Positions 33,821 through 45,015 of a stretch of 64,000 bases of DNA are shown here, in pieces. Within the stretch, counting starts at the first letter, position 1, and each line of letters begins with the position of its first letter. The DNA is from Candidatus Sumerlaeia bacterium. GTDB taxonomy: Bacteria; Sumerlaeota; Sumerlaeia; SLMS01. The notes under the pieces were generated by a model. That model searched no databases, had not been told where the DNA came from, and saw only the letters and a program-made list of their open reading frames with translations. Where the stretch lies: the NCBI GenBank assembly GCA_038208905.1, contig JBBQYG010000002.1:3626-67625 (forward strand). Reading direction: 5' to 3'. A program made the position numbers and the translations under genes.

Positions 33821-34094
33821 CCAACCAGCGCCACGCTGCTGCGCCACGCCGTTGACCAAGTAGCCTGAAAGAATCCATCCCGATGATCCCTCTCCCAATG
33901 TTTGTGCAGATCGTGGGGATTTGGGTGATCAATCCGCAAGCGAGCAAGTTGCGGCATGATCGTTTTCCCCACCCGGCACTTTGCCGTTGACGGGGGGTGG
34001 GGGTTCGGAGGACACAGGCGGGCTTTTCGGGGAAGGCGCCTCCCCAGCACCGCGCGCCGCACATTCATCGTCGATCGATCAGGAGTCCTGCTTC

Positions 34095-34376
34095 GTGCCC
34101 AATAAAGCATCGTCCAGAAAGCGCGTCCGCCAGAACGAGCGCCGCCGCATCCGCAACCGCGACCAGCGCAGCACCATGCGCAGCAGCGTGAAGAAACTCG
34201 CCAAGATCATTGAGTCCAAGGACCTTACGGGTCTGGACGCCGCCCTTCAGGCCGCGCAGTCCAAGCTCGGCAAGGCCGCCAAGCGCAACCTGATCAAGAA
34301 GAACGCCCTGTCCCGCAAGCAGAGCCGCCTCACCAAGGCTGTCAACCGCGCCAAGGTGGCCGCAGCCTCCGCCTAA
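34095..34376 (+). CDS. rpsT: 30S ribosomal protein S20
   Basis: VPNKASSRKRVRQNERRRIRNRDQRSTMRSSVKKL...AKRNLIKKNALSRKQSRLTKAVNRA is the S20 signature. GTG start with AGGAG RBS 9 nt upstream; six-frame ORF is over-extended to 33981. Confidence 0.8.
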   Translation: MPNKASSRKRVRQNERRRIRNRDQRSTMRSSVKKLAKIIESKDLTGLDAALQAAQSKLGKAAKRNLIKKNALSRKQSRLTKAVNRAKVAAASA

Positions 34377-34414
34377 TCGGCGGGAGTTGCCCTCGATCCA
34401 GATTGAGCAGACCT

Positions 34415-34455
34415 CGGCGCCGGGAAGTCCTCCCCGGCGCCGGGTCCGTCTTTTT
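34415..34455 (+). terminator. Rho-independent terminator of rpsT
   Basis: CGGCGCCGGG-aagtcctc-CCCGGCGCCG perfect 10-bp stem followed by GGTCCGTCTTTTTA. Confidence 0.65.
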
Positions 34456-34590
34456 ATCCCGGCCCACGCCAGAGAAGGCAGCGGCATAGAACGCTCTGCA
34501 TTGCGGCGATTCTCATCTACCTTGCCCCCACGGCCCGCCCGGCGACCATCGCGGTATTGCTGATCGCTGGTCATTCGCTGGAGCGCGAGA

Positions 34591-35328
34591 GTGTCCGTGT
34601 CCCCATTCCTTTCCGACGCGTTGTTTGTGTGCGCCCATCCCGACGACGGGGAAATCCTGGCCGGCGGCATGATGGCACGCATGGCGGGGCTGGGCCGCCG
34701 CGTGATCCTGGCCGATGCGACGCGCGGAGAGATGGGCACCCGAGGCAGCGCCGATGAGCGCGCCATCGAGGCCGCAAACGCCGCCGTGATTCTGGGCGTG
34801 GAGCGCGTGAACCTGGGCCTGCCCGATGGCGGCATCGGGCGCGACCTTGAGGTATCGACCCGCGCCGTGGTTTCCGCGATCCGCGAGCATCGCCCGCGCC
34901 TGGTCTTCACCCACACCGGCGGCGACCACCACCCCGACCACAACGCGATCCACGAGGCCACACGGCGCGCGTTCTTCAATTCCAACGTGCTGAAGTATGA
35001 CACCGGCCAGAAGCGCCACGCGGCGCGGCGGCTCTACTACTTCTGGTCCCACCGCACCAACCTGCCCCCGCGGATCGACTTCATCGCCGACATCACGGCA
35101 ACGTGGGAGAAGAAGATGGCCGCCCTGCGCGCGCATCGCAGCCAGGTCGCCGGCACGGGATACCAGGGCGCGGAAACCTTCCTGACGTCTGACCTTTTCT
35201 GGCACCGGATTGAGGCGCGGTTCGGCTACTTCGGCTCGCTGATCAACGTGCGCTATGGCGAGCCGTATCTGGCGGAGGGCGCGCTGCGCATCGACGACCC
35301 GCTCTCGCTCGCCGACGCGGCGGAGTAG
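34591..35328 (+). CDS. PIG-L/LmbE-family N-acetylglucosaminyl deacetylase
   Basis: [14 protein letters not shown] (HPDD.E zinc motif), ...[17 protein letters not shown] (second His cluster). ~245 aa, typical LmbE size. Confidence 0.7.
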   Translation: MSVSPFLSDALFVCAHPDDGEILAGGMMARMAGLGRRVILADATRGEMGTRGSADERAIEAANAAVILGVERVNLGLPDGGIGRDLEVSTRAVVSAIREHRPRLVFTHTGGDHHPDHNAIHEATRRAFFNSNVLKYDTGQKRHAARRLYYFWSHRTNLPPRIDFIADITATWEKKMAALRAHRSQVAGTGYQGAETFLTSDLFWHRIEARFGYFGSLINVRYGEPYLAEGALRIDDPLSLADAAE

Positions 35329-35338
35329 CCGCGCCAAC

Positions 35339-37224
<1,886 letters not shown>

Positions 37225-37225
<1 letters not shown>

Positions 37226-39957
37226 TGGGCTCCGGCAAGTCCGCCCGGCGAAAGAACCGCGTCCGCGCCACCGCCGAAATCCCCGGTCTAAGCGCCGCGC
37301 CACCGCCGCCGATTCCATCCCCACGCCAGATTCCACGCGCCGATCTGTGGGTCGCGGTATTCCTCATTGTATGGGCCACACTCTTCGCCGCGACGCTGCT
37401 GTCGCTCGCCAACGGCCGCAGCTTTCATCAGGACGAGCTGCACGTACTCGCCGTGGAGAAGAAGGCCGAGGTCGGCATCGAGACGGAATCGCAACACCAG
37501 CACTTTCACGCCTTCCAGCACTGGTGGCTCAAGGACCGCCTGAACCAGCGCCACGCGCGCATCCCATCGATTGTTTTCGTGACGCTGGGGATGATCTCGC
37601 TGGCGCTGCTTGCATGGAGGCTGGGGGGCCGAAACGCCGCGGCGGCGGCGGCCCTTGTCTATACACTGTGGCCGAGGGCCTGGGACGACGGACTGGAGAT
37701 GCGCTACTACGGGCTGATCTTTCTGGCGGGGACGCTCGGGTTTCACGCGCTGCTGAGCCTCGCGCGTGGCGCGTTCCTATGGCCCGCGGGGGCGATGGCG
37801 CTCCTCTTCGCCGTCATGGCGCGATGGCACCCGACGGCGATCCCGTTCCACGGCGCCCTGCTGCTCGTGGCGTTTGGCGTGAGCCTGTTGGGAATGATTC
37901 GCCGATTGCGGGAGTGGAACACCCGGAGGGATCCCGCGTCCATCCGCGCCCTCGTGGCCCCATCGCTGGTGGTGGCGATCTCCCTCATCGTGGGCGTCGC
38001 CGTGCTCGGGCGTGTCTATACGCATCTGGGGGGTAGCGCCATTGCGGATCGGTTTGGGAAGCTCGGCGGAGGCAACTACAACCTACTCGATCTGGGACGC
38101 TGGTTTGTGGCGTGGGTGGACGACCGATTCGCGGGGGACTTTCCCGCGATTCGCATTCTTCGACTGTCGTTTCCGGTGCTGGTGGCCGTCGGGCTTTGGA
38201 GGCTCTGGAAGTCGAGCCGCCTGCTGGCGGGTTGCGGCGTGGCGATCCTCGTGCTCCAGCTTGCGCTCGCGGGTGTCTTTTCGCTCGGCTGGGGGCGCGT
38301 GGTCTTTGGATATAAGTATATCACATCCTCCAGCGTGCTCCTCGTGCTGTCGGTTGCCATTGCATCGGCATGGATCGTCGAGGCCGTGCGTCGCCGGTCG
38401 CCCCGCGCCGCAATGGGCGCAGTGTCGGTTCTGGCTCTCGCCTATGCGGTCCCTGTCCTCCCGCGCGTCTATCTTTCCGCAACGGGCGATGGCTCGCACT
38501 TTCGCCAGTTGTGGTCGCGTCTCTTTCTTGAGTCGGGAGTGCGACCCCCAGTCGTCTATGCAACCACCGAGACCACCCAGAGCGTCCGCCCCTACACGGT
38601 CTTGATGCCGAATTTCGCCGCAACGGTCGCCAGCAACCAGGTGCTCTCTCCCGATGTTGTACCCTCGATCTTCCACCGTGACCAGCCGGGCTTCGTGGCT
38701 CTCGATCCCGCGATTCTGGCGCGGATGCCATGGAAGGATTTTCTTACGCCGGTGGAGTCCTATCGCTCTAACTTCGCCCCCGCGTGGGACATCGAGCTGA
38801 TGCGCCCGCGTGGCGATGCGCAGATCGCGGCAGGGGAAGAGTTGCTCCTCGACGGCGTCGCGAATCTCCTCGTCCTCGAACCCGGCCACTGGCGGCTCAA
38901 TGGCGAGGCGACGCTCAGCCTTCCGCAGCCGTGGATGGCCGGAGCCCTTGTCGCCGTCACATCCGCGATGCCCGGCGCGCGGCTTATCCCCGACTATGCG
39001 ACGGGACCAGTCGTCAGGAATCCGATCCTAGCGCGCGTCGGCCCGCTCGACGCCGACAGCCGCCCGCTCTGGCGGGAGAGCCGTCCTGTCTATACGCTCC
39101 TCAGCAACGAGACCCTGGCCTACGACTTCTGGTTCCCCGCTGCGGATTCCCACCTCGTTCTCGGCGGAGCCTCCGACTTTGCCGACCGTGATGGATTCCT
39201 GGTGCAGTTCAACGGCGAGGCTGCGGCGCTCGTTTGCAACATCGAGCCCGCTGCAAGTGGAGCTCCTTTCCTCTATCGCATCGCGGTTCCCGCCAAGTTG
39301 AGCGGGCGCACGGCGCGCGTGACGCTTTCTCGCCTGAGGGACAGCGCCCACTATCTGTCCCCCAAGAAACCGCGCAGCGCGCTCACGCTGGAGTCCGTTC
39401 AAGTCGAGCTGGCGACACCCGACTCGTTGCCGAGCGAGAATTTCCTGCCCACGCTTCGCTTTGCCGCGCGGCCATCGTGGGCCGCCGACGGCAGCTACGA
39501 CGCGGCCACCGATCCATCCCCGTGGAATATCAGCGAACCCACGCGTGGCGTTTCGGGGGTGACGCTCTCCACCACGCGCGAAGGAGTCCGCGCGGCGCTG
39601 GCTCGCGACCTGGGCGAGCAGGGGATCTATACGGAAGCCTTCCCCGTTACCCCCGGGCAGGCGCTGGCCGTTGAGATCCGTCTTCGCCTGCGCCACGCCA
39701 TCACCAAGAGTGCGGTCCCCTTCGTGTACTTCCTGAGCGCGGAGGGCGGCATCATCGCCTTCGATCCCATCGGTGGCCGCCCACTGGACGCGAACGACTG
39801 CGACTGGACCACCCGCATCCGCGTGGGAGAGGCGCCCCCCGGCACGGTCGCGGCCACCATCGCCATCGTCTTCAATTCTCCCCCCGCCGCCAGGCTGAGG
39901 GAGGATACATTTATTGATATACAGGGGATTCGTTTTTTGAACGGCGGGGAACGGTAG
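37225..39957 (+). CDS. Large polytopic membrane protein, GT-C-fold (ArnT/PMT-like) glycosyltransferase candidate with ~450-aa C-terminal extracytoplasmic domain
   Basis: ATG overlaps the regulator stop (TGATG). About 11 predicted TM helices. First loop carries an HQDELHV motif comparable to the DE/DD motif of GT-C transferases. No sequence-level proof of activity. Confidence 0.4.
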
Positions 39958-39986
39958 GGAGCAGCAGAGTCGGATCCTGCCATTCC

Positions 39987-42182
39987 CTACTTCTCGCTGC
40001 CTTTCCCTGCCGTTCCCTGCCGTTCAATCCTAAAATCCGCCAGCGCCCCGGCAAAGGGCGGGATGTTGGCGTCGGTGCTGCCGACGATCGTGCGGCCGGG
40101 ATAGACATTGAGGCCGGTGAAGTAGGGCATCTCGAGCTGCTGCACGAGGACGCCATTGAGGTAGATGCGGGCGCGTCCGTCGTCGAGCGTGGCACGGACG
40201 TGGACCCAGCTCTCTGGCTCGATGAGGCTGGCGGGCGTCTCCATGTAGAGATAGCGGAAGTCCGCATCGCGGAGCGCGAGCACCAGCTTCCCTTTGTCGT
40301 ACCAGCACGACGCCACCAGGTTGCGATGGAACAGGTACATAAGCCGATCCGACTTGGCGGGCTTCATCCAGAATGAAATCGCGAAGGGGGTCCCCAGCGC
40401 GTCGATGCGCCCCGAATCGAGGAACACGCGGTCACCATCGCCATCCATTCCAAAGGCCGGCGCGCCGCGATGGGGCCCAGCGACCAGCGCGGGCACGGTC
40501 CCCGCACCGTCCCAGATCGGCGGTCCCGCGCCCTCCGCAACGTCGCGCAGCACACCCGTTGTGGGGTCGTCGGCGCTCGGCACCATGCGCAAACGATGAA
40601 GGAGCGTCGATTCCGGCCCCGGCATATCCTCACGATAGGCATAGAGCGTGCCGCTCCCCGACGCCACGGGGGCGAACCGGATCGCGTCCAATGCGCCGAT
40701 GATTGGAGGATCGCTCGAGAGTGGGTCGGCGGCGCGGGTGACGACCTCCAGATAGTTCATCCCCGCATCGAGCCGGATGCGCGGCAGTTCCACCTCGCGC
40801 ATCATGCTCTCCGAGGCATAGCCGGATAGCTTCTCTCGCAGTAGCTTTCCATTCAAATAGAGGTCGAAGTCATAGCTCGCCGGACCCGCTGTATATCGCA
40901 GCGCCGGCGCGAAATCGCCCGCCTCCTCGAACTGGATGGCCCACACGAATCGCGAGCCCGTGCTGTACCCGATCACCATCGCGTCGGCGTCTCCGCTGAA
41001 CTTGCCGCGCGCCTCGGGCGGATACCGGCGCAGGCTGGTGGCGCCGCCCAGCACGGCCACGATCTCTCCCGCGGCCATTGCTGTCTCCGCCTCGAACCAC
41101 TCGCCGATGTGATGCGCGGGCAGAGGCGTCGTTCGCAGGTTGCGCGCGGCCGCGTCGGGAAGCGGTTCCTGAACCTGCGGCGCGTCGAGATAATAGTAGG
41201 CCACCGTGGCGTAGTTGTTCCCCATCACCGCGCGCCCGTCCCACCCCGCAGCGCCGTGCTCCAGATCGAAGCGGAACGACTCGCGGAATGGAATCGGCGC
41301 CTCCTCGTGAAAGCGGAAGACACTCCACTGCCCGCCGCGCAGCGTCGGCTCGTCGGCGACGGGGACGCCGAATCGCGTCCCCTTGCTGGTCACGTTTCCC
41401 CATCCCCACGCGCCGCCATAGTAGTCCTCGGTTCCCGTGCCCCAGAAACGCTCTCCGTCGATCGTGAACACGTCGTCGCCCTCTCCCCACCAGTCGGGAC
41501 CGTTGAGCGCGATGGAGAGATTCGATCCGAGAAAGAACCCCGAGCCCTCCACGTCGAGCACGTTGTAGTGCTGCTCCTGCGGCGCGGGGATCGCCTGGTT
41601 GTAGCGCGCGTGAAAGTAGGGCCGACCATCCAGCGCCGAGGCATCGTCAAACGTGCGATACTCGATGTTGAAGTAGAACAGCGGCACCATCGTGGCCGAT
41701 TCGTTGACGATCTCGAATCGCGCCGACTTGCGGAATGGCATCGGGAAGAACGCGTTCAGCGATTCAGTCTCGGCAACGTGGATGAACCGATTCTCGAAGA
41801 CCGCCGACTTGCCGAGTCCCAGCCCGAAGAAATCGCCCAGCGGAACCAGCACGCTCGGCCCCGGGGCATCGTCCCACGTGATGCGAAGGACGATTCCCTT
41901 CCAGTCGCGCGCGGGCGATTGGTTGAACGTGAACCACACGCGCGTGATCTCGCCCGGGCCCTCGATCACGGGGAGCGAGAGCGTCCCGCCCACCTGAATC
42001 TGCCGGAAGTCGAAATTCTTGCCCGTCGGGTCCTCGCTGGCGATGCGGCCCCACCGATGCCCGGGCGTGCGCGCCTGCCAGAAATGCGCGGGCTCTTGTC
42101 GCCGCGCGCATCCGGCGATCGAGAAAATGGCGAGAAGCAGCGGGAGGATTGCCCGCGCGGAATTTCCGGGGATGTGGATCAA
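39987..42182 (-). CDS. Lipoprotein with DUF2961 (GH172-like) domain and C-terminal concanavalin-A-like/LamG domain
   Basis: Lipobox LLLAIFSIAGC. WGEGDDVFTIDGERFWGTGTEDYYGGAWGW block characteristic of DUF2961. C-terminal FAISFWMKP...ARIYLNGVLV LamG-type fold. Confidence 0.55.
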   Translation of the reverse strand: MIHIPGNSARAILPLLLAIFSIAGCARRQEPAHFWQARTPGHRWGRIASEDPTGKNFDFRQIQVGGTLSLPVIEGPGEITRVWFTFNQSPARDWKGIVLRITWDDAPGPSVLVPLGDFFGLGLGKSAVFENRFIHVAETESLNAFFPMPFRKSARFEIVNESATMVPLFYFNIEYRTFDDASALDGRPYFHARYNQAIPAPQEQHYNVLDVEGSGFFLGSNLSIALNGPDWWGEGDDVFTIDGERFWGTGTEDYYGGAWGWGNVTSKGTRFGVPVADEPTLRGGQWSVFRFHEEAPIPFRESFRFDLEHGAAGWDGRAVMGNNYATVAYYYLDAPQVQEPLPDAAARNLRTTPLPAHHIGEWFEAETAMAAGEIVAVLGGATSLRRYPPEARGKFSGDADAMVIGYSTGSRFVWAIQFEEAGDFAPALRYTAGPASYDFDLYLNGKLLREKLSGYASESMMREVELPRIRLDAGMNYLEVVTRAADPLSSDPPIIGALDAIRFAPVASGSGTLYAYREDMPGPESTLLHRLRMVPSADDPTTGVLRDVAEGAGPPIWDGAGTVPALVAGPHRGAPAFGMDGDGDRVFLDSGRIDALGTPFAISFWMKPAKSDRLMYLFHRNLVASCWYDKGKLVLALRDADFRYLYMETPASLIEPESWVHVRATLDDGRARIYLNGVLVQQLEMPYFTGLNVYPGRTIVGSTDANIPPFAGALADFRIERQGTAGKGSEK

Positions 42183-42202
42183 GACTTTCTCCCGGCCAGG
42201 CC

Positions 42203-43318
42203 TCAGCCGCCTTCGGCGCCAAGGCTCCTACGGTAATCCGCCGAGCGAAGCTGCGGCCTCAGGCGCACGGCCTCGCGAAAGTAGCTGGCCGATTGGGAAC
42301 TCTGGCCCAGCTTTCCGTATGCGAGCGATAGATTGTACATCGCCATCGCGTCCTCTGGGTTGCGGTCCGCGATCGTCTGGAAGTGATCCGCCGACTGCGT
42401 ATAGCGCCCCAGCTTGTAATACGCGACACCCGCGATCAGGTGGGCCTCCATGTCCTCCGGGTCTTGGCGCAGCAACTCGCGCACCTCCGCCAGGCAGTCG
42501 TTGAAGCGGCTTTGACGCAGCAGGCTGTTGGCGATATTGAAGCGCAGGTTGAGCGACTCGGGTGCGAGAGCCAGCCCCTGTCGATAGTAGGGTTCCGCCT
42601 CCCGGTGCCGCCCCTCGTCCGCATAGGTGTTGGCCAGGTTGTTGTAGCCCTGATAGAAATCCGGCTCGGTCTCCACCGACTCGCGATAGATCGACCGCGC
42701 CTCCACCAGATTGCCCATCTGGACCAGGCGGTTTCCGCGCTCCTTCAGCTCGACAATCGCGGGGGGAAAGCTGCGCTGGTCGATCGCCAGCGCCGTGGGC
42801 ATCGGGGGCTCGGGATTGGCCTCGGGCAGGGCAGCCGCCGTGGGGGGGATCTCCGCGACGACGGGGGCCGGCGAGGGCTCGGGAGGAGCGGGCGTGGGGA
42901 CAACGTCCACCACGGGGGTTGGATCGGGCACGACTGCCGGCTCGGGGACGTTCCGGTTCACAACCACCAGCGCGGGCTGGGGCGCGGAATCGGGGAGCAT
43001 CACATACACGACGGAGCCGATAATGACGATCACGAGCAGCGAAATGGCCACCATGATGGCCACGTCGCGGCTACGCTCATTGTCCTGCGGCTGGGCGCGC
43101 TTCTCTCCAAGGAGCGCCTCCTCCGCCGGCAGGCCTGTCACCTTGCTGGGGCGTGGCCGGGCCAGTTCCTTGTCCTTCAGCTCTTTCCCATACTTGTCCA
43201 GCTTCACGCCGCGGGCGATCTCCGCCTCGGCACGCGTCCGCGCGGAAAATCCACACTCCAACCCGTCGCACGTCACGCAGGTGCAGGTGATATTGTAGGT
43301 CTTGCAGAACTTCGCCAT
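42203..43318 (-). CDS. Cys-cluster (zinc-ribbon-like) / single-TM / Pro-rich linker / TPR-repeat protein
   Basis: N-terminal CKTYNITCTCVTCDGLEC. TM AIMVAISLLVIVIIGSVVYVM. PxP-rich spacer, then about six TPR-like repeats (YNNLANTYADEGRHREAEPYYRQGLAL...). Confidence 0.55.
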   Translation of the reverse strand: MAKFCKTYNITCTCVTCDGLECGFSARTRAEAEIARGVKLDKYGKELKDKELARPRPSKVTGLPAEEALLGEKRAQPQDNERSRDVAIMVAISLLVIVIIGSVVYVMLPDSAPQPALVVVNRNVPEPAVVPDPTPVVDVVPTPAPPEPSPAPVVAEIPPTAAALPEANPEPPMPTALAIDQRSFPPAIVELKERGNRLVQMGNLVEARSIYRESVETEPDFYQGYNNLANTYADEGRHREAEPYYRQGLALAPESLNLRFNIANSLLRQSRFNDCLAEVRELLRQDPEDMEAHLIAGVAYYKLGRYTQSADHFQTIADRNPEDAMAMYNLSLAYGKLGQSSQSASYFREAVRLRPQLRSADYRRSLGAEGG

Positions 43319-43381
43319 GGGACCCCGGCCTCTTTAGCCCGCGAAAGGTGGCTGTCCGCCCAAGTATCGTCCAGTCATACC

Positions 43382-44599
43382 CTATGCTGGGGCGGTTCCC
43401 TTGCCTGTGGCAACTCGTTTCGTGCAATTCGCAAGGGACTGTATCGCCGCCTCCAGCGCCCCCGCCTCCGCCAGGCACGTAAATACCGCCCACCCCGGCA
43501 AATCATAGTAGAAACCCGGATGAACCAGGACCCCGTCTTCGCCCAAAAGCCTCAAGGCAAAGGCCTCCTCGTCCGCCCCCGGCGGGAGCCGACTGCATAG
43601 ATAGACCCCTGCCGCCGGTATCGGAGCGCCCGGCAGGCGATCCAACGCATTCCGCCGCGCCGACGCGATCCATGCGGAGGCCGCCGCCAGGACCCCAGGG
43701 TCACCCACCCGAAAAATCCCCGACACCGTGGCTTGTTGCAGCTCACCCACCGGCAGGAAGGTATCCGATAGGTGCTCCGCCGCGCGGATAAACGGCTCCA
43801 CATGGGCAACGTCGCCGTCGGCCTTGATCCACGCCACCTTCCACCCCGGCAGGGTGAACATCTTGGAGAAGCCGTTCAGCGTCAGCACGAGCGGGAACGG
43901 ATGCCGCGCCGGGGTTGGAAACGGAGCCGGAGCGGCGGATTCGCGGAACACCTCGTCGAAGACGACCGGGAGCCGGTTCTCCGTGCAGATTTCCGCCAGC
44001 CGCGCCAGCACTCCATCGCCGATCACCATCCCCGTGGGATTGTGCGGGGAGACCAACATCAGCAACCGCGTGCGCGGGGTAATCTGGAAGAGCACCTCCT
44101 CCGGATCGAGGCCCCACCCAGCCTTGGTTTCCGAGAGGTGATAGCGCCGCAGCCTGACATCGCACACCGCCGCCAGATCGTCGAAGAGCGGATACCCGGG
44201 ATGCGGAACCAGAATCTCGTCGCCGGGCTCCGTAAGCAGGCGCAGCGCATAGAGGTACGCGAGACTCGTCCCCGGCGTCATCACAATGCGCGCGGGATCG
44301 GCGGGTTCGCCACGACGCGCATAGTACCCCGCGATGGCCTCGCGCGCCGCCGCGCTCCCCATGGGATCGGGCCGATAGGCGCGAAGCACCGTCGGCACCC
44401 CGAGCGCCGACTCGACGATCCCGCGCATCGCATCCGGCGCGATCCCGAGACCCAGCTCGACCGCACCGCCCCCGGTCAGGTCCACAAAGGACTCGCCGGA
44501 TGCGCGGCGACGCGCCACCTCGCGGTCCAGCAGCGTGGTCGGCGACTCGCTCCAGTGGCGACCGAGGAAGTTGAGGAGTGTGGGATGGGGGCGGGGCAT
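43382..44599 (-). CDS. Class I/II PLP-dependent aminotransferase
   Basis: Fold-type I layout: SAAAREAIAGYY, VMTPGTSLAYLYALRLL, LVSPHNPTGMV, FDEVFRE; predicted Schiff-base lysine in LNGFSKMFTLPGWKVAW. Confidence 0.7.
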   Translation of the reverse strand: MPRPHPTLLNFLGRHWSESPTTLLDREVARRRASGESFVDLTGGGAVELGLGIAPDAMRGIVESALGVPTVLRAYRPDPMGSAAAREAIAGYYARRGEPADPARIVMTPGTSLAYLYALRLLTEPGDEILVPHPGYPLFDDLAAVCDVRLRRYHLSETKAGWGLDPEEVLFQITPRTRLLMLVSPHNPTGMVIGDGVLARLAEICTENRLPVVFDEVFRESAAPAPFPTPARHPFPLVLTLNGFSKMFTLPGWKVAWIKADGDVAHVEPFIRAAEHLSDTFLPVGELQQATVSGIFRVGDPGVLAAASAWIASARRNALDRLPGAPIPAAGVYLCSRLPPGADEEAFALRLLGEDGVLVHPGFYYDLPGWAVFTCLAEAGALEAAIQSLANCTKRVATGKGTAPA

Positions 44600-45015
44600 G
44601 ATTTAGGTCCAGCGATTGCCACAGTATGCAATCGGTCGATGCGAGTTGCGGCCAGACGAGACGCGGTAGCGGCGCCACAATCGTAGCCCCGGACTTCAGC
44701 CCGGGGACGACTCAATTCCAAGGGCCGGACCCTTCCACAATCGGCTCCAATTCGCCTGAGTCCTCGGGGGCGAGAACTCCAAACGAATTGGGAAAGCGTG
44801 GCAGTAGGCGCGCAGTTATTTCCTCGAGCGATTCGGGCAATGGGGCGCGAGACCTCTTGCGTCTGTGAAACCTCGCGAAGGTTGCATTCCTCCACTTCCC
44901 AGCGCAACCACATTGCCCGCGCGATAGAGCCAACCAACCCCTTGCGCCATACCCCCGCCACCTCTAGGAAATCTCCTCGACGCGCAACGCAACCAAGGGC
45001 ACCCGCTCCCCCGCC

